The translations under genes and the position numbers were made by a program. Below, one piece after another: positions 25,691-37,395 of a stretch of 64,000 nucleotides of DNA. This DNA comes from Hydrolagus colliei (lineage: Eukaryota). Location of the stretch: positions 154,132,001 through 154,196,000 of the forward strand of contig CM068742.1 in NCBI GenBank assembly GCA_035084275.1. The letters are read 5' to 3'. The notes below the pieces were generated by a model that saw nothing but the letters and a program-made list of their open reading frames with translations, was not told the DNA's origin and ran no database searches. The first letter of the stretch is position 1, and each line of letters opens with the position of its first letter.

Positions 25691-27054
25691 AGGCGCTATA
25701 CAAATGTAATTTTGTTGTTGTTGTTGCATGTTGTACCTGCAAACTAACTTTTTGTGACTGGTGTACAAAGACACCCAAGTCCCTCTGTTCAGTGCCTTGG
25801 GACGTCCACCCGACATGAAAGGCGCTCTACACATATAGTTGTTGTTGTTTATCTTTTAGAGGCATGATTACAGAGTCGGGTGACATTTGGAAATAAGATT
25901 CTTGTCTTTGGTTTAGCCATGGCATTTGATTTCCCCAACCTCTCTGTCTTGTCTGTGCTGCTTTTCGCTCCTCACTGGAATTCTTTACTCTAATCTGATA
26001 CCCAAGGGTTAGTAGTAGTTAAACTGTGTCAGTTACCCCCAACCACATTCTGGGGTCCTCAATACTTTTGTTTCTTCTTCCATCAGACACTTGGGTGACA
26101 ACAAATGATGGTATTTTTATAATACACACAAGAGCGTTTTTCTTTCCACAAGCCACCCATTCTAGCCCCTCTTTCCCATCACTCCCCTTCCCCACACCCA
26201 TAATATTCCTCCTCTTCAAACATCTATCCAATTCTCTTTGATAGACTTGACGTACGATGCCTTGAATCCAGTTTGTGGCAGATAATTCCACAATTCCACC
26301 CATTCTGTGTAAAGACAGGAAAACCAAAGTGTTTGCTTGTTAACTCTCTGCCTCTACTTTATATATTTCAAGCTCTTCATAGTTCCATTTTTGTGATGGT
26401 ATTAGATGTGTTCCTCTTGTGACTGTCTGGCTGGTCTATTGTCAGATCAGCTAAAATGTATTGCTTTTTCCCCTGTTGTGACTCGTTGTGACATCTATCT
26501 GGTCGCCCCAAGCCTTCTTGGTTTTTGAGGCACCAATCTCCCAGAAATCTCTTCGGATCTCAAACTTCTCATCTTTGGGGTTTGCCAATAATCTGGGATA
26601 ACAACAACAACCTGGATCTCTATAGCCTCGCTCAGAGCGCTTCCCAATAATGATTCCTGGGCCAGACTCCTCATCTCTGGGGACTTGCCAATGCACTAGA
26701 GTCATAGAATCTTACGGCATAAAAGGAGGGCATTAAGCCCATCGAGTCTGTGCCGGCTCTTTAAAAAGAGCAATTGAATCCCACTCCCCAGCTCTCTCCC
26801 CATAACCTCGCAAACCCGTCCTCCCCAAATAAATGTCTACCTCTCTTTTAAAATTTGCTATGGAATCGGCCTCACCACCATTCAGGCACTAGGATGCACT
26901 TTGTCATTGTATTTGTAATGTTCTTGCAGGGGATCCCCAAACTGTCCACATTACTCCCAGCTGTGACCTCACCAAACTCTTGTCCTAGCTCAGTGTTGCC
27001 TGTTTGCTTTTATATTGTGTTCTGGTTCACATTACACCATGTGTGACCTCACAG

Positions 27055-27444
27055 GGCTCAGTGAGAATGGCTGGACAATGGAGACCCTGATACAGTGACC
27101 GGCAGGTTAGGGTCACCAGTCATCATGTACTGCAAGTTCACTCACCCTCACCCCAGATACACAGGCAACATCACCATCATGTGGAAGGGAGGCTGGGCTG
27201 GTCCTGTGTATTTTAAATATACAAACTATAGGCCGGATTCACAGGGAAAGTATCAAAATATCATTGATGTAAACGAGGGAGATCGACACCGAGTGATTGG
27301 GAAACTGAGGAGGAACGACGCTACAATACAGATAAACCAGCTGAGGGGAGAGGACAATGATAAGCTGTTCTCCTGTCGTGTGGAGCTCCAGGGTGAGGGC
27401 AGACAGTTTGAAACTGGCCCCAGATACATGTCTGTATGTTACAG
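27055..27444 (+). pseudogene. SIGLEC15: SIGLEC15-like copy 1, V-set exon 1 (frameshifted)
   Basis: cacag|...cag|gtgagg boundaries, 390 bp. YCKFTHPHPRYTGNITIMWKGGWAGPVYF...RNDATIQINQL...FSCRVE resembles the recalled Siglec-15 V-set (CTFTHPHRHYDGPLTAIW, GNPRRND, YFCRVE). A 1-bp loss at 27085-27087 gives TGA at 27096 in the phase-1 frame. The leader exon is absent upstream. Confidence 0.85.
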
Positions 27445-27736
27445 GTGAGGAACGATGGGAAGTGGGAATGAGACGTGATGATCCTCACTGGTGCCGGAGT
27501 CAGTGGGAAGTGTCTCGCCCAGGACGGACAATAGGGAGCGAGTGTTCCCAGTGAAGGAAGGTGTGTAACAGGGGCTGGCAGGGACAGTGAGTGAACGGCT
27601 GATGGGAGGGAGGGCTGTGCTGTACACTGACCTGTCACTGTGGGAATGTCTATTTGCCAAGGCTCCTCACATGTGTGTAACATGTACTGTGTCACACTGA
27701 CTGCTCTGCACTATTCCAATCCTGTTCCTGTCTCAG

Positions 27737-28120
27737 GTCATGAAGAGAAGCTCCCATCAGTGACTGGTACCAAGGGAGGTGATGCCACACTGCCCTGCTC
27801 CTTCACCAGGCCCAACACACACCAGAATTGTGCCACAGTCACAGTGATTTGGAGGAGAGGGAGGCCACAAGGGCAGGTGGTTTCTAATGACTCTCTTGAC
27901 CTCACCGCCCGCAGCAAACCCGGTGAATCAGAGATAGTGAATGAAGGAAATCGCTATAACCTGGTCGGGAATGTGAGGGATGGAGACGCTTCCCTGAGGA
28001 TCAGGGACCTGGAGTTAAACAACACCAACCAGTATTTCTGTCACGTACACGTCATGTTTACCAATGGTGGACAACAACAGGGACAGGTGACGCAGGACAT
28101 GTCATGGCTGTGGGTTGTTG
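27737..28120 (+). CDS. SIGLEC15: SIGLEC15-like copy 1, V-set exon 2 (open, phase 1-1); no downstream C2/TM exon in this copy
   Basis: tctcag|gt cat...gtt g|gtaaga, 384 bp; GGDATLPCSF...VIWRRG...DASLRIRDL...QYFCHV. Homology to the copy-2 intron breaks off at ~29465, before the C2 exon. Confidence 0.8.
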
Positions 28121-28859
28121 GTAAGAAATCTCTTGTCTCTGTGGGACATGGAAAGGGATAAATAATCAGGTTAATCTTCACTGGAGCATCATTACAGATA
28201 CGGTTTGTCTCATTCCTTACCCTGTGCCTCAACAACAACAACAAAATTACACTTGAATATCGCCTCTCAAGTCAGGAGGACGTCCCAAGGCTCTGGACAG
28301 CCACTGTGTCAAACCTGAGCTCGGGTCGGCATGGGGAGGGAAGGAGGGAATTAGGAGTGGTCAATGGGACCATCGAAGAGGAGAGTCTTGAGTAGAGGAT
28401 CTGGGGAGGGGAAAAGGTGGAGAGGCTACAGGATGGATTTTCCAGAGGTTGGGGACAGAGTGGCCAAAGGCCTCGCTTCACATGGTAATTATCTCAACAA
28501 ACATGATGTGAAACAGCAGAGCCTGTTACTGGGGGCAGGGATTCTTCTCACTTGCCTCCAGTTAACGCTGCAGCCAAAGTTAGGGTGATCCTAGCTGGAC
28601 AAGCAGCCGGTATCTTGCCAATGACATGTGACGTAGTTGTCACAAAATCACAGGATTGATCTGAATGAAGAAACCACATCTAATCTTATCCTTACTGAAT
28701 GCCCCAATCACCCCCTAATCCCTACCAACCCCTCGCCCCCCAAAACATTGGTATCAAGCGGAGTCTAACAGTCTGTAATTGCTCTGTCTGAAGGGAAATT
28801 GGATAGATATGTAAAAAGGAAACATTTTCAGGGCTCTGGGGTAAGAGCGAGACAGTGGG

Positions 28860-29240
28860 ACTAGTTCGTAGCTCAGTACATCCTGTAGCTTGGGGCACTT
28901 GCCTTGCAAGCCAGAGGACCTGGGTTTGATTTTTGGGCAGGAAAAACATTGGGCAAACTTCCTTACACCACACGCCTCTGTTTACCCAGCAATGGGTACA
29001 AACCCATTTGTTAGTCGATTGTCAGATAATTTTCTGGGGGCAATAAACCCTATTTTTTAAAAAACTTATTCTTAAAATTTTGGTCAATCACTATTTATGG
29101 GACACTGCTGAGCACGATTAGCTGCTTGTTTGTGCCCGCAAAAATATCAAGTCAATTCACTTCACAGTATATTCTGTGAAACGCTTTTACACATCTAGAA
29201 TATGTGAAAAGCACTATATTAAATGAACTTATTAGTAGTA
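28860..29240 (+). mobile_element. tRNA-derived SINE with L2-type tail
   Basis: Head gtagctcag...ttgcaagccagaggacctgggtttgat and tail gtgaaaagcactatattaaatg; paralogous copies at ~43310-43590 and ~63090-63365 (-). Confidence 0.65.
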
Positions 29241-29516
29241 AATACAAGGATATTTAGGTATTATAGCTGTTTCAAAGAGCCAGTGCAGAGACAATGTGTG
29301 GAATGGCCTTCTTCCTGCTATAGGATTCTGTGATATTAAAATGGAATTATTAAGTATTTGAAGAGGAACATTATAAACAAAATGAAAATGAACAAGAAAA
29401 AGCAGAGATCAGAGTAGAAAACAACAACAACAAAATTACGTTTGTATCGTGCCTTTCATGTTGGTGCCTTTCATCAATGGTGCTGTTCTCTGAAGATCCA
29501 GATAAAACATATTGAT

Positions 29517-29762
29517 TCACAAACTAAATGTTCTCCTCATTCTCAATGGCTTAATTGGGCCAGAGCTGACTTCAAAGGATCTCATCTGACAGTGGAGTAT
29601 TAGATTAGAGACAATCTCCTGTGACTGGCTTGGGAGCTGGTTCCTCAGCCAGGCAGGTTTGCAGTCCTCCAAGACACTGTTGCTGGTGGACAATCTGGTC
29701 TGGCTGACTGGCAGGGCTTGGAGGAACAAACCAATCAAAAGGATAGAGATTGAAAAGTCCAT
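29517..29762 (-). other. 81-aa ORF beginning with a signal-peptide-like segment
   Basis: MDFSISILLIGLFLQALPVSQT...; lies in non-repetitive sequence present once in the window. Confidence 0.3.
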
Positions 29763-31554
29763 TAGGTTGGGTGAAATTAGTTGGATAAGATGTGAGATTT
29801 TAGACAGTGTTGCTTCAGTTACAGAAGATACATGGGCCCCAATGGTCTAATGTGGAGGGTTGAAGCCCCACAGTAGGCCATAGAGCCATATAATCTATAA
29901 TGACATTCCAGTGCAGTGCTGGTGTGGGTCCAAGTCTTGTTGGCTTTTGCCAATGTCCCATCTGCCTGCCCAGATTAAGTTCCCATCATTTTAGGAAACA
30001 GTGGCAAATTTCTGCATCTATGTCCAAGCCAACAATCCCCCAAATCAAATTGGTCACTCACGCATGACTGTGCAAATCCATGACTGTCTAGCACCTTGGA
30101 ATGTCCTTCTGATGTGAAAGGCATTTTACAAATATAATTTGGTATTGTGTTGTTCAATTGACTAGTGCGTTTGCTGACAAATTGCATTTTAAAATGTTAG
30201 ATGAAATTAAATTCATAATTTAATAATAAATAATTATTTCTATGAAAGTTATATAACAAGTTAACAATTTTCTCTTTTACCCAAACAGACAAAGTGAAGA
30301 TTGTCCAACTCTGGTCTCCTGCTCCATTCTTGTGGCTCAGCGACTGTTCACTGAATTCACTGTGATCTTGTTCTCCACTTCAGTACAGACAGTTTCTTCT
30401 TCAAGCTGCTGGATAGAGGTGTCACTGCTATTATCAGAGTAGAGAGAATCTGATCTCCGATATCAGGCTATATAGAGGTGTCACTGCTTATTACAGGCCA
30501 TATAATCATAATAATTCTTGCATTTGATAACGCACTTTTCATGTCTTCTCGACCTCATTTCACAGAACAATCTCTAAAGTGAATTGAATGTATATTTGTG
30601 GGCGAAATGTGGCAGCCAATTGTGTTCAGCCGTCGCCAATTGAGTGACCAAGTATTGTTATTCTCCTGAGGGATTATTATCAGGCCTGTGGAGTATGGAA
30701 ACATGCCCAAGACTGACAGGAATCAAACCCAGTTCTCTCGCGTGAGGTGTGAATGCTCTAACCACTGAGCTACAGAACTTCACCATGTAGAGGTGTCATT
30801 GCTAATAACAGACTATATTAGAGGTGTTAGTATTGAGGCCATATATACGTCACTGATAATATCAGGCTATTTTCAATGTGTTTACTGCTAATATCAACTT
30901 TGAGCTGTCACGTAAATATCAGACTCGAGATGATCCAATGTCTCAAGGTGATTTGGGGGCTTTTGAAGCTGATGTTTTGATCTGATGGTTAAGCTTTACT
31001 CTGTATATTTTTTTACAATGAAGCTTATTTGCCTCAATAAACTGTGTCTGTGATTCCAAGTGAACCTCTCGAGGGGAGGAGTGACCGAGGTTAATAACAA
31101 GCCTTGAGTTAATCCAGCGTTAGTAACTCCACTTACAAACTTGCTTTACAGACAGTGTGGGAGACGGTTGGGAGATTGGGGCATGATTGAGGAGGCACAG
31201 TTAAAGACAACAATCAATTCAAATCTACATTTATACAGCATCTTTCACGTCGAGAGGACATAGATGTGGTTTGGTGGGGGATGTGGGTGGGGGGGGGAGG
31301 GGGGATGGAATGGGGTGATGAGATGAAAACTATCTTACATTTATACAGTGCCCTTCACATACGATTCTGTCTCTGAGCGCCACACAGTGGTGGAGTTGGA
31401 CACTGAGCTGGGAGCAGATGGATGAGGAGTGGATGGTGCTGTCTGCACTTGCAGTTGAACAGTTGGGAATTTACAATAAATAATAATAATCCTGGTGTTT
31501 AATACAGGCAGCACTTGTCAAGTTGTCAACGCTGGTGATCACCGTAAAGGGCAG

Positions 31555-32065
31555 TGACTGGAATGGACTGGAACAGGATGCAATGTGACAGCCAGTTTGC
31601 AGGCCAGAGCCCACTGAACGGAGGGGACGGGGGAGGCTGATAAAAAGACAGTGGGTCAGAGAGATAGGCGGGGGCAAGGCTGTGAATGGCCTTGAAAGTG
31701 AGGACGAGGATCTTGAATCCAATCCTCTGGGGGACGGGGAGTCAGTGGAGACGGGCGAGGGGGGGAGTGATATGGTCGTGGAGCCAAGTGTGGGAGAGGA
31801 CATGAGCTGCTGAATTCCGAATAATCTGTGGCTTGTGAAGGGAGGAGCTGGGAAGGCCGACGAGGAGAGAATTCCCGTAGTCGAGCCCAGATGTAATGAA
31901 CGCATGGATGAGTGTTTCGGCAGCTTGGGGGGGGGGGGGGGGGGGGGGGGGGGAGGTAGTGGTAGAATCTGGCAATCTTGCGGAGGTGGTGGAAGCCTGT
32001 ATTGATCTTGGTGTGGATTTGGGGTCGAACAAGATGCCCACATTCCTGACTGCCTTAGAGAGAAA
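31555..32065 (-). mobile_element. L2 3' ORF fragment containing a ~27-nt G run
   Basis: LDYGNSLLVGLPSSSLH...LARLH; poly-G at ~31927-31953. Confidence 0.85.
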
Positions 32066-32658
32066 TAATCATATGTACAGGGCACTGTATAAATATAAAG
32101 ATAGTTTTCATCTCATCATCCAATTCCCCTCCCTCCCCCCACTCACCAAACCACATCTGCTTTTGCGGTTTGCATTTCCGTGGTAAATAAATCTAAGAAA
32201 GGACATACTCGCCTTAAAGGGGACGCAGTGTATATTCAATAGGGTGGTTTCTGGGATGAGAGGGTTGAGCTATGGATAGGTTTAGTAACCTAGGCCTATG
32301 TGCTTGAGAATATAGAAGAATTAGAGGTGATCGTATAGAAACCTATAAGATTATTAAGGGGCATGACAGAGAAGACATTGGGAGACTATTTCCCCTGGTT
32401 GGAGAAACTATAACTAAGGGTCACAGTCTTAAGATTAAGGGGTCAGCTTTTTCACACTAAGTTGAAGAAATGCTTCTTCAGTCATGAATTTGTGTAATTT
32501 TCTTCCCCAAAAGACTGTAGATGCTCAGTCCTTGAAGATATTCAAGACCGAAATTGATAGATTTCTTATGGATAAAGGGATTAAGGGATATGAATATAAG
32601 TGCGTGTCAGTGCGAGGCAGGCGTGCGAGGGGAAGGAGTGTGTCCTGAGTGAGGGAAG

Positions 32659-32710
32659 ATGATGCTGTGCGCTGTGCTCTGTGCCCTAGTCCTGTCAGCC
32701 TCTGCCTTAC
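32659..32710 (+). CDS. SIGLEC15: Signal-peptide (leader) exon, extra copy
   Basis: MMLCAVLCALVLSASAL + c|gtaagt consensus phase-1 donor. Confidence 0.7.
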
Positions 32711-33974
32711 GTAAGTACTTTCCAATCAGTAACTATCCCTTCTGGAATTCCATCCCACAATCCCCTCCCTGACCTCCTTCAAGTCTCACCTCAAGACTCT
32801 CCTCTTCGATGGTCCCATTGGCAACTCCCTGTCCTCAGCTCGGGTCTGATACAGTGACTGTCCAGTGCCTTGGGATGACCTCCTGATGTAAAGTCACTGC
32901 AGAAGTGTAATTCCGTGGTTGTTGTTGTTCATGTCACAAGAGAGAGACCTGGGTTCAATTCCCAGCAGGGCAAAATGTTGGCCAAGTTTCCTTACTCCAC
33001 AAGCCAATGATTACCTGGCAGTAAGTAGGAACCCAGTTGTTAGTCGATTGGAGAATCACTTTTCATAATTAGTTATAAAAATTATAATTAATTGATCAAA
33101 TCGATCCATGGCTGTTTGTAGGACACGGCTGTGTTGAATTCTCTGCTGTGATTCACTCACAAAATATAATCAAGTCACTTTACAGATTATTCCGTGAAGA
33201 TCTTTGAGACGACAAATGCAACGATTGTTAGTGATGACCTGGAGTTGCAGACCCAGTGTAAAATAGTTAAGAGAATGGGACGGTGGAAGGATTAGTGTTG
33301 GGAAGAACAGTACAGAGGCTCAGAACAAAGCAGACGTGGGGGGTGGAACTCAGACAGTGACCACAGAACGAGGGGAGGATGGAAATAGAAGGGTGAACAG
33401 TTGTGTCAGTGTGAAGCAGGCATGTGAGGGGAAGTGGTGAAGAGATGATGCTGGGAGCTGTGCTCTGTCCCTGGTCCCGGAATTTAGTGTTGACCTAATA
33501 GAGGATGAATAGGGGAACTAGGAATAGATTATTTCTGCTGATCAGCCAGATAGTTTCAACAGGGACTTATCTGAAACCACAACAAAAATAGCAACCAAGG
33601 GGAGGGCGTGGAAACTCTGTCCTTACACAGCAGGGTTGCAGTTGTGGAACCAACTACAATCACGGCAAAATCCATCAAGTCTATAAAGGGATTTGAATAG
33701 ATGTTCCAGAGGATGTACATTAAAAGGTGTGGGGGGTGGGGGAGTGACCCAACTCCCACATCGGGTCCAAATCCCTAATTGTCCAGGGCCTTGGGACATC
33801 CTCCCAACATGAAAGTGCTGTAGAATGTCATGTATTTGGGATATAAAGCTGTGGGCAATGTAAACGAGTATTAAACTTCACCCAGTGAGTGTAACATGGG
33901 GCGGGGGCAGAGTTAGTGTTAAAACATTGCAGAGGATCAGACAAGGGTGATGTGGGGGATGGAGCTCTGGTGGT

Positions 33975-34074
33975 GACAAGGGAAGTGAGGGGAGGAAGGA
34001 AAGAGAAGTGTGACCAGCTGTGTCAGTGCGAGGCAGGCGTGCGAGGGGAAGGAGTGTGTCCTGAGTGAGGGAAG
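33975..34074 (+). promoter_or_regulatory. Putative TATA-less proximal promoter with ETS/PU.1-like and E-box motifs
   Basis: GGAAGTG (33981), GAGGAAG (33992) and CAGCTG (34015) upstream of the leader ATG; motif match only. Confidence 0.3.
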
Positions 34075-34126
34075 ATGATGCTGGGAGCTGTGCTCTGCGC
34101 CCTGGTCCTGTCAGCCTCTGCCTTAC
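34075..34126 (+). CDS. SIGLEC15: SIGLEC15-like copy 2, leader exon
   Basis: MMLGAVLCALVLSASAL + c|gtacgt phase-1 donor; hydrophobic signal peptide. Confidence 0.8.
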
Positions 34127-34159
34127 GTACGTACTTTCCAATCGGTAACTATAATAACT

Positions 34160-34740
34160 GCTCACACGCGATTGTCACCTCAATGCTCGACTCCGGCAAC
34201 TCCCTCCTTGTCGGCCTCCCCAACTCTTCCCTCCACAAGCTGCAGATAATCCCAAACTTTGTTGCTCGTGCCCTCTTCCACACCAGGCTCTGCAACCCTA
34301 TCACCCCCACCCTCGCCCAGCTCCACTGGCTCCTCGTCCCTCAGAGGAATGAATTCAAGATTCTCGTACTCACATTCAAGACTCTGCACCCTCCTACCTC
34401 TCTGACCTGCTGATCCCCTATCACCTATCTGCTCCCTGTGTTCAGCAGGTTCCAGCCTTCTCCATGTCTCCCACCCGACCCATCCTTCCATTTTTGGCGC
34501 ACTCTCAGCCTCTCTGCTCCCACACTTTGGAACAATATTATACAATCTCTTCACCTCGCTTCCTCACTTGCCTCCTTGAAATCCTGTCTGAAGACTCTCC
34601 TTTTTGACCCAACCTCTCTCCCCGCTGTCATCCCAACCCTTTCCCTGAACCCCACCTCTCCCAGGCTTGGTTCCTAATCTCTGATTTGGGACATCCTCCT
34701 GACATGAAAGGTGCTCTACAAGTATAGTTGTTGTTGTTGT
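34160..34740 (+). mobile_element. L2 3' fragment in intron 1
   Basis: LDSGNSLLVGLP...LHW; ends in gacatgaaaggtgctctac...(gtt)n. Confidence 0.85.
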
Positions 34741-34936
34741 TTATCTTTCAGTGGAATGATTACAGAGTCAGGTGACATTTGGAAATAAGATTCTTGTCTT
34801 TAATGTTGACAGACCAGTCGCTGAGTGAGTTACTCCCTGAGCCTCACAGGGCAAGTGTGTGTTTGTTAACTCTGCCTCCGTTTGATTTCCCCAACCTCTC
34901 TGTCTTGTCTGTGCTGCTTTTCGCTCCCCACTGGAG

Positions 34937-34963
34937 CTCTTTACTCTAATCTGATACCCAAGG
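34937..34963 (+). CDS. SIGLEC15: Putative 27-bp mini-exon 2 (P-LYSNLIPK-G)
   Basis: Long pyrimidine tract + ggag| and |gttagt donor, phase 1-1; the paralogous site at ~25980 has lost the AG. Confidence 0.5.
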
Positions 34964-36158
34964 GTTAGTACGAGTTAAACTGTATCAGTTCCCCCAAAGC
35001 ACATTCTGGGGTCCACAATACTTTAGTTTCCTCTTCCATCAGACATCTGGGTGACAACAAACGATGGTATTTTTATGGTACAGCGTACTCTACAACAGCG
35101 TTTTTCTTTCCACAAGCCACCCATTCTAACCCCTCTGTCCTGTCACTCCCCATTACCCACAGCCTTAATATTCCTCCTCTTCAAACATCTATCCAATTCC
35201 CTTTGATAGACTTGGCAGACGATGCCTTGAATCCAGTTTGTGGCAGATAATTCCACAATTGCACCCATTCTGTATAAAGACCAAAGTGTTTGCTTGTTAA
35301 CTTTCTGCTTCTACTTTATCTGTTTTAAGCTCCTCAGACTTCCTTTTTTGGGATGATATTACATGTTATTCTCTTGTGAGTGTCTGACTATTGCCAGATC
35401 AGCTAAAATGTATTGCTATTTCCCCTGTTGTGACTCATTGTGACCATTATCTGGTTGCCCCGAACCTTCTCAGTTCTTGAGGCACCAATCTCTGAAATCT
35501 CTCTTCGGATCTGAAACTCCTCATCTTTGGGGACTTGCCAATGAATCAGGATAACAACAACAACAACAACAACTTGGATTGATATAACGCCCTCACTCCT
35601 CGCTGGACGGCATCTCAGAGGGCTTCCCAATAACAACTCCCGGGCCCCAACCAGGGGGAGGGGGAGCAAGCTGAAAAGAAAGGTCTTTAGCCAAGACCTG
35701 GAAATAGGATGAGAGGGGAAGAGGTGAAGGGAGTGAGCAAGGGAGTTCCAGAGCCTTGGAGCGTACTGCGTACTGCCTGAATGCACAGCCACCGATGGGC
35801 GGAGGATTCGGGGGACAAGGAGGAGGCCAGACCTGGTGGAGCGCAGGAAGCGGGTACTGTTGTGAGGAGAAAGGAGGTCAGAGGAGTGGGGGGATTTGAA
35901 AACAAGAATGAGAATCTTGAAATTGATCCACTCTGAGACATGGAGCCAGTGAAGTCTGGCAAGGACTGGGGTAATAGGGGAGCGGAGTTTGTTTCAGATG
36001 CATCTTTTCTATTGATTTTATATCGTTCTTACTGGGATCCCCAAACTGTCCACGTTACTCCCAGCTGTGACCTCACCAGGATCTTGTCCAAGCTCAGTGT
36101 TGCCTGTTTGCTTTTATATTGTGTTCTGTTTCACATTACACCATGTGTGTCCTCACAG

Positions 36159-36548
36159 GGATCAGTGTGAATGGCTGGACAATGGAGACCCTGATACAGT
36201 GACCGGCAGGTTAGGGTCACCAGTCATCATGTATTGCAAGTTCACTCACCCTCACCCCAGATACACAGGCAACATCACCATCAGGTGGAAGGGAGGCTGG
36301 GCTGGTCCTGTGTATTTTAAATATACAAACTATAGGCCAGATTCACAGGGAAAGTATCAAAATGTCATTGATGTAAACGAGGGAGATGGACACTGAGTGA
36401 TTGGGAACCCGAGGAGGAACGACGCTACAATACAGATAAACCAGCTGAGGGGAGAGGACAATAATAAGAAGTTCAACTGTCGTGTGGAGCTCCAGGGTGA
36501 GGGCAGACAGTTTGAAACTGGCCCCAGATACATGTCTGTATGTTACAG
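36159..36548 (+). pseudogene. SIGLEC15: SIGLEC15-like copy 2, V-set exon 1 (frameshifted, extra stop)
   Basis: 390 bp; same -1 (36189-36191) and +1 C-run changes; TGA at 36394; GNPRRND and CRVE (Arg 36481-36483) retained. Confidence 0.85.
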
Positions 36549-37395
36549 GTGAGGAACGATGGGAAGTGGGAATGAGACGTGATGATCCTCACTGGTGCCG
36601 GAGTCAGTGGGAAGTATCTCGCCCAGGACGGGCAATAGGGAGCGAGTGTTCCCAGTGAAGGAAGGTGTGGAACAGGGGCTGGCAGGGACAGTGAGTGAGC
36701 GGCTGATGGGAGGGAGGGCTGTGCTGTAGACTGTAAGGTTTTCGCACCTTGGAAGGGGGATAAATTGAAGCGTTTGTCAGAAACCTCACCAAATATATAT
36801 TGTTAAGAGTTTGGTTGTTAATTGCATAAAAACATTTGTAAGGCTTGTATACCATCATTGGTGCGTTATATATCACAGTTACCCATTGCATCATCAATAC
36901 TCGTCGTATTTAAATGACAACTAAGGCATTATATTAACAAGATTCACTCAAAAATCCTAATTCAAAACAACTAGAATACAGTACTATCTTAACAAGATTA
37001 ATTCAAAATCATAATTCTAAACATAAAAGAAACCTTATGTAGTATAAGAGATATGCCTCAGCAAGTCTGACTGCCCTTGCATGTTGGGAGCATGTTTTAG
37101 TAAGTAGGAACGATACTACCGAGTATTCAAGAGGTTGCCCAAAGGACTTGTAGATGTCGTTCTGTGGCAGGCCGAAGTAAACACAGTCTCTGGCTTGCTT
37201 CTGGCTGCAAACATCTTCGGCTTCTTTCTCTCTGCTGCAGTGTTCTTTGCCGTCCTAGAACTACACCTGCTCCCTTCTGTGGTCTTCTCTGGCGAGAGCT
37301 AGACTAGGATCTCTACCTCCCTTCAGAGGTCTGTTCGTTCATGACTTCTAAAGTTTTGCTACCAAGTGTTATACCTCTAGACGAATCAACGCGCT

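Noticed and set aside
27620-27642. Possible V(D)J recombination signal (perfect CACTGTG heptamer, 12-bp spacer) between V1 and V2
   Set aside because: The nonamer matches only 4 of 9, the heptamer lies ~95 bp inside the intron rather than abutting coding sequence, and no D/J segments are present.
27055-28120. Rearranging antigen receptor (NAR-TCR/IgNAR-like double V)
   Set aside because: The V exons include their own G strand and splice donors, lack flanking RSS, and match Siglec-15 motifs better.
30290-30460. Cytoplasmic-tail exon after aaacag| (also ~55800)
   Set aside because: Acceptor-like, but the frame matching the TM donor stops after two codons and no Tyr motif or clear donor was found.
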